Source: Chrysomallon squamiferum (Eukaryota > Animalia > Mollusca). From it: DNA of 64,000 bases. Where the stretch lies: positions 31,000,001 through 31,064,000 of the forward strand of contig CM022671.1 in assembly GCA_012295275.1 (NCBI GenBank). The letters are read 5' to 3'. Position 1 is the first letter of the stretch. Each line of letters begins with the position of its first letter. Positions 57,334 to 64,000 of this stretch are shown here, in pieces. The notes below the pieces were generated by a model. That model was not told the origin of the DNA, did no database searches, and saw only the letters and a list, made by a program, of their open reading frames with translations. The translations under genes were made by a program, and so were the position numbers.

Positions 57334-57460
57334 CTGTCTGTCAGTTTATATCTGGGAGAAGGTTTAAGTAAAATTAAGTGTGTCTGTGTGTGTGTGGGGG
57401 TGTCTGTCTGTCTGTCAGTTTATATCTGGGAGAAGGTTTAAGTAAAATTAAGTGTGTCTG
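57241..57460. repeat. Three copies of an approximately 50-bp core separated by variable (GT)n
   Basis: TCTGTCAGTTTATATCTGGGAGAAGGTTTAAGTAAAATTAAGTGTGTCTG starts at 57241, 57337 and 57411. Confidence 0.95.
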
Positions 57461-57465
57461 TGTGT

Positions 57466-57499
<34 letters not shown>

Positions 57500-57859
57500 C
57501 TGAACGTTTATCTCAGGAGGTTGTCTGCAGTAACGGATTAATCGTCTATTTTTGTTTTTCTGTTTCTTGTTTCCTTTCATCGAACTACAACTGCCTGTGA
57601 TTTATGCTATGTCGACAAAGGGAAATGTAAATTCCTCCTCTCTAAATAGCGGAAACAGATTTAGCAATTTAAAGTACGTTATCTGACAAGAAAGGGCGCT
57701 CAAAGCAGAATGTCTTTGATTATAAATTTGTGAATCTGTTTTCTTTATTCATTTAGTAACTTTTTAGTTATTAATTTTTTTTTCTTATTTATTTATTTAT
57801 ATATTTATTTATTTGTTTATTTATTTATTCATTCATTTATTTATTTAAGTTTTTTTTTT

Positions 57860-57990
57860 TCTTTTTCACAATCATCTCCTTAAACAGACTCACGGACTAA
57901 AATGTACCTTTGATTAACAAGAAGGAATCTTTCATATACATGTATCTCATCATATTCAGGACATCACCTACCACGGACCTTAATCCATTA
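57860..57990 (-). mobile_element. Old SINE-like fragment (antisense)
   Basis: ATTAACAAGAAGGAATCTTTCATATAC...CAGGACATCACCTACCACGGACCTT resembles the recalled reverse-complement core of mollusc SINEs, and a (TTTA)n tail-like tract lies to its left. Related GCGGGTTTCCT fragments occur near 20208 and 24205. Confidence 0.35.
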
Positions 57991-59237
57991 ATCGTATTAA
58001 AGAAGCATACAACAACAAAAGAATTATATTTATTAAAAGGACTGAGGCCGTAGATTTGAAATCTTCACTCAGTTCCTTACGATCTCACATTAGTTCTTCG
58101 TCAAAGAAAAGGGCCAAGCACAACAACACGAAAGTCCTCTGAGATTCGAATCGGCGCCTCTCTTTAAGCATCCTGACTCTGCTTATCCGTGCGTGGCAGT
58201 CATCCGTACAGTCTAGTCTTCAGTCTTCGACAAAATCCAGTTTCAGTAACGACTCAGGAGCCACGCTGTCAACTGAAGCATGCTGGCCCGTTCACCTTGC
58301 CAAGTGGTAGACCAGATATTTCATTTTTTTAAATATTAGATTATGTTAATTACGTTACAGTGAGCGCTGAATAACGCTGTCCTGGTCTCATACGATAACA
58401 CATATCGATAGCTGAAAGATTAAAAATGATTAAATAAACGTTACTTTTTTTTTTTTTTTTTGCAGATTAGGTTACACCAATTCCGATCTAATCCAGCAAT
58501 TATTTGTCTGACTGTTGCAGTGTTCGGTTTAGGGTTGAGACGAGTTCTTCGTGGTCACAGTGTGTGATCAATTTTCTTGTTTTAAATAATGACAAGGGCA
58601 GACATTTGTTTGGTTTTATTACAGGTTTTATTCTGCAAGTCTGAAAGTTAAATACACAGACTTGTCTTCGTCTATATACATTGCTTGCTTTCATCTGTCT
58701 ATCTATATCTATTTCTAACTCGATATACCTATATCTATATCTGTCTGTCTATCTATTTATCTATCTGTCTGCCTATCTATCTATATATCTATATCTATAT
58801 CCATATCTAGCTATCTGTCTGACTATATATATGTGTACATCAGTCTGTCTCTCAGTCTTACTTTCTTACTGTCAGTCTGTGTATCTATCCATCTATTTTA
58901 TTTTATTTTATTCTATTCTATTTTATTTAAATATTGAAAGCATTTACCGTTCTTTGTGAAATATACAACTTAACATTATCTTCTTTATTTGTTGATTTTT
59001 ATTTTTATTATTAATTTTTTTTTTAGCATTTAATCTTTTTTTTTTTTTTTTTTTTTAAATAGTTTTTCAAAGTGTGGCGTACACGACAGTTAGAGCTCAG
59101 CTAATGGTCTCTCACAACAGTTTGCTCAGCTGGTTCGCAGTTTGCTCGCGTTTGTTATGGTGTGACCACGACACGGACAACGTGGTGGTCAACGTCTCTT
59201 TCGGAAAACCTACGTTTGTTCTAGGTCAGAGGCTGAC

Positions 59238-59272
<35 letters not shown>

Positions 59273-59650
59273 GAATCTTTTAGAAAGTGCACAAATAACA
59301 TGGCTTCCTCAGGTTCAGATTGTTTGTCTTGTCGTTTTAACAGCAGACGTTTTTTTTTTTTTATAAAATTCTAGAACGGGATATACATTGTCTTGTCTAA
59401 TATAATATATTAGTATGTATGTATCAAATATATGTTGTTATATAAACGTTATCCATGGTTTTTCAGGTATCGTTTTAATGTGTGTGAGTATGCGTGTTAA
59501 GTGTATGTGTGTACATTATCTTTTCGCAGAATCATTAATTTACACAAAAGCTGCTAAATACTTTCATTTAATAAACTCCTGTGATTATGTAACCTGCACC
59601 TAAACCTGCTACAACTTTGTAAAAGTTTCATCTGACATCGACAGTAATAA

Positions 59651-59683
<33 letters not shown>

Positions 59684-60443
59684 TTATTTTTTTTTTTTTT
59701 TTGAGACGACCCCTCTCCATCTGTTGACTATAGCCGTTTTGAATTCTGGACTAAAACCACAATCATAATAGAAAAATGTGTTGCTCTCTTGCTTCTTAGA
59801 TCTGTATAAAATAATTAATGATGTTTTAATCATTGTAGGGGTAATGTTTATGCTGTGTTGTTTTATGACAGAGAGCGAGAGAAAGTCAGACAGAGATAGA
59901 AAAGAAACAACAGCCAAACAGATAAAGGGGACAAAACATTCAGAAAATAAAACAATTCTTCATCCAAAACCTTTCTTCCCCCATCAGACTACATACCGCA
60001 CATTAACAATCAAATATCAACGAGTTTAAACAGCTTCGAAAACAGAAACCAAATTAAAAATAAACGTTAAAAAAAAAAAAGAAAACTTGCAGTCGCGCCA
60101 GTGGCTATTTGTTACATGCTTTTGAGTGATGGCGACTATTGTGTGCTGCTCATGCATACAACAATAATACTTTCCTTGGCAAAGCGGCTCTGTGGGGATC
60201 ATAACTCTTCCCTCTCAGCTATCTCAACACTTCTAGCGATGAATAGTTTGCTCATGTTTGGAATTCACTTCTCTCGCTTTGTTTTTTTTTTCTTCTTCTA
60301 TTCTAGCCATCTTATCTCTGTAATTCAAGTGTTTCGACTTCGCCACTGCACTCCCGTGAACTGTGCAGCGAGACCAGTTTGTGGTCAGAACAGAAGAATG
60401 GTTTATAGGTGGAACAAGAGGTACGGTGATGAAAAATTAGTAT

Positions 60444-60511
<68 letters not shown>

Positions 60512-61386
60512 AAAATAAGAAACAGTGAAAGAAAAAGAGAGAAACAGAGAAAGAGATAGAAAGATATATAAATATAGATAGACAGACATATGTACATAAA
60601 AACACACAAACACAGAGAGAGAGAGAAAAAAAAGAACTTTAGTTACATACCTTCAACGTTCTTGTTTAATTATAATTTACGCCTGTAAAACACGTTTTAA
60701 TCACTGCTGTAAAAGAATACGGCAATGAAAATGTCTCCAGAGAAAAGAATAACTGAACATAAATATGTAGCAACACTTGATCTTTATAACGCTAACTGCT
60801 GTTTGACTGACACCTATATGTCTTTGCTCTTGCATATTTTGGTGCACATTTTTCTCTTCTTCTTCAGTTCCGTTTTCCATTTTTCTTTTTTTTTTTTCTT
60901 CTTTCTTTATTTATGCGTGTAGCGATGCTTCCTAAAATAACAGTAACATCTTCTCTTTTTATTGTTATTAACAGTTTCAAAAGTAATCTTTGTTTATATC
61001 TGTGATGATTGTTGAAGAAGAAGAAACAATTTTTTATTTTTTATTTTATTTTTATTTTTATTTTTTTAGTTTAGGCTCCTAAAATGCTAAAATTGTTTAA
61101 TTTAACGCAAGGGCTTGTTATGAGATTTAAATATACTTGTGTTTTTTTTTATATATAAATAAAATATCAATTTAGGTTTATTTGTAATTAAAGATTTTTA
61201 AAAATCTTGAAGTTTTTTTTTGGAGAGAACCTTTCCTTCTTTGCTCAAGCACCATATCAGCATTGATAGTCATTTGCAATACTTCTGTCGTGGAATGGTT
61301 TAAGTACGCCTTCCTTCATTCTAAACATAATAAACTTTATTTTATATCTACGTCACAAACGGGAAGTGTCATAACAAAAAACTAAG

Positions 61387-61421
<35 letters not shown>

Positions 61422-61428
61422 AATAACA

Positions 61429-61461
<33 letters not shown>

Positions 61462-61465
<4 letters not shown>

Positions 61466-61608
61466 ACTGTCTGTTCATCTCTCCCTCTGTCTCTGTCTAT
61501 TTGTGTCTATTTGTCTCACTCTCTTTCTGTCCATTATCTGTCTCTCTCTTTGTCTCCTCTGTCTCTCTGTCTTTTATGTCCCTCTCATTTCTTTGTGTCT
61601 CTCTCTTT

Positions 61609-61676
<68 letters not shown>

Positions 61677-61769
61677 ACTGTCTGTCTATCTCTCCCTCTG
61701 TCTCTGTCTATTTGTGTCTATTTGTCTCACTCTCTCTTTCTGTCCATTATCTGTCTCTCTCTTTGTCTC
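61462..61769. repeat. Two copies of an approximately 95-bp pyrimidine-rich segment, each preceded by (CT)n
   Basis: TTTGACTGTCTGT...CTATTTGTGTCTATTTGTCTCACTCTC...TGTCCATTATCTGTCTCTCTCTTTGTCTC at 61462-61556 and 61673-61769. Confidence 0.85.
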
Positions 61770-61811
61770 ACTCTGTCTCTCTGTCGCACTATGTCCTCTC
61801 TCATTCTCTGT

Positions 61812-61875
<64 letters not shown>

Positions 61876-62651
61876 CTATCAATCTATCTATCTGTCCCCC
61901 TCTCTCTCTCTCTGTCTGTCGATTAGCCTGTTTGACAATCAGCTGTACTACGAATGACCGGAACCTTTGCGATAATTTAAGAGACATTACGTCTTCCGTC
62001 ATCTTTCGCCAATCTGGAAGACTTTCGTTGATCAAATACAAGACAAATAAACAGAAATGAAACCTGACTGCGAGCGCGGGACGAACTGGTCATGAAATCA
62101 TTTATTCTGAAAGCCAAATAAATAAACGAAGCAATGATGTTTGATACAGTGGAGAGTTTGAGGATATGTAAAGATAAGGTTGATGACTTTTGCCAATAAA
62201 AATGTCTCCAGTTGATACGATAATTGTGATCACAATTTCAGTGGCAAATACACACGTATTATTATATTTGAACATACACGGGGCAAAAAAACAAATATAG
62301 TAAATCAAGGCAGAGAGAGGGAAATTGAGGGAGAGAAAGAAAGAAAAAATGGATGGATGGATCGATCGATCGACTGATCGATAGATAGATAGAGAAAGAA
62401 ATAGAGAAATAGAGATGGATAGATAGACAAATAAATAGAAATATAGACAGAAAAATATATTAAAAGATAGAGAAGTAGCTAGATAGCTAGATAGATCGAT
62501 AGATAAATAGAAAGATAAAGAGATAGACAGATAGAGAAAGATAGATAAAAAGCACATAGATAGACAGACAGATAGATTGTGAGAGAGTAGAGATAAACAC
62601 AGAAAAAAAAGACAAAAACAACGTCTCTGCTTCAGGGAAACCAGTAACAAC

Positions 62652-64000
<1,349 letters not shown>

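Noticed and set aside
57241-57460. CRISPR-like repeat-spacer appearance
   Set aside because: The spacers are (GT)n microsatellite of variable length, the context is eukaryotic, and there are no cas genes.
58130-58200. tRNA-like B-box (GATTCGAATC), with a similar GGTTCAAATC on minus near 45880
   Set aside because: No cloverleaf can be folded; at best these are decayed SINE heads, so no tRNA is called.

Overview
This is AT-rich animal genomic DNA densely packed with microsatellites, most likely from a mollusc (gastropod-like, judged only from recalled SINE-like fragments). Almost every ORF in the supplied track is a microsatellite translation or an antisense shadow of a real exon. Three spliced protein-coding genes can be built by hand with GT-AG boundaries and continuous frames. 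MEIG1 is on the minus strand (coding exons 3703-3548 and 2457-2329, 94 aa). Two tail-to-tail 'protein rolling stone'-like membrane-protein paralogs follow: A on plus (15751-20866, 276 aa) and B on minus (55508-38666, 282 aa), with identical internal exon sizes (232 and 111 nt) and intron phases (0,1,1). Between the paralogs lie a 1.8-kb Mutator-like element with a 9-bp TSD carrying a nested Tigger/pogo-like element, a small hAT-like MITE, and a 28-bp E-box+CRE module present once downstream of each paralog in mirror orientation. Other notable points are a duplicated splice acceptor in paralog B, a Thr versus Ser difference at a putative catalytic site, and several unique segments tandemly duplicated between microsatellites. 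I see no prokaryote-type system, and I cannot claim a wholly new biological system from the sequence alone.
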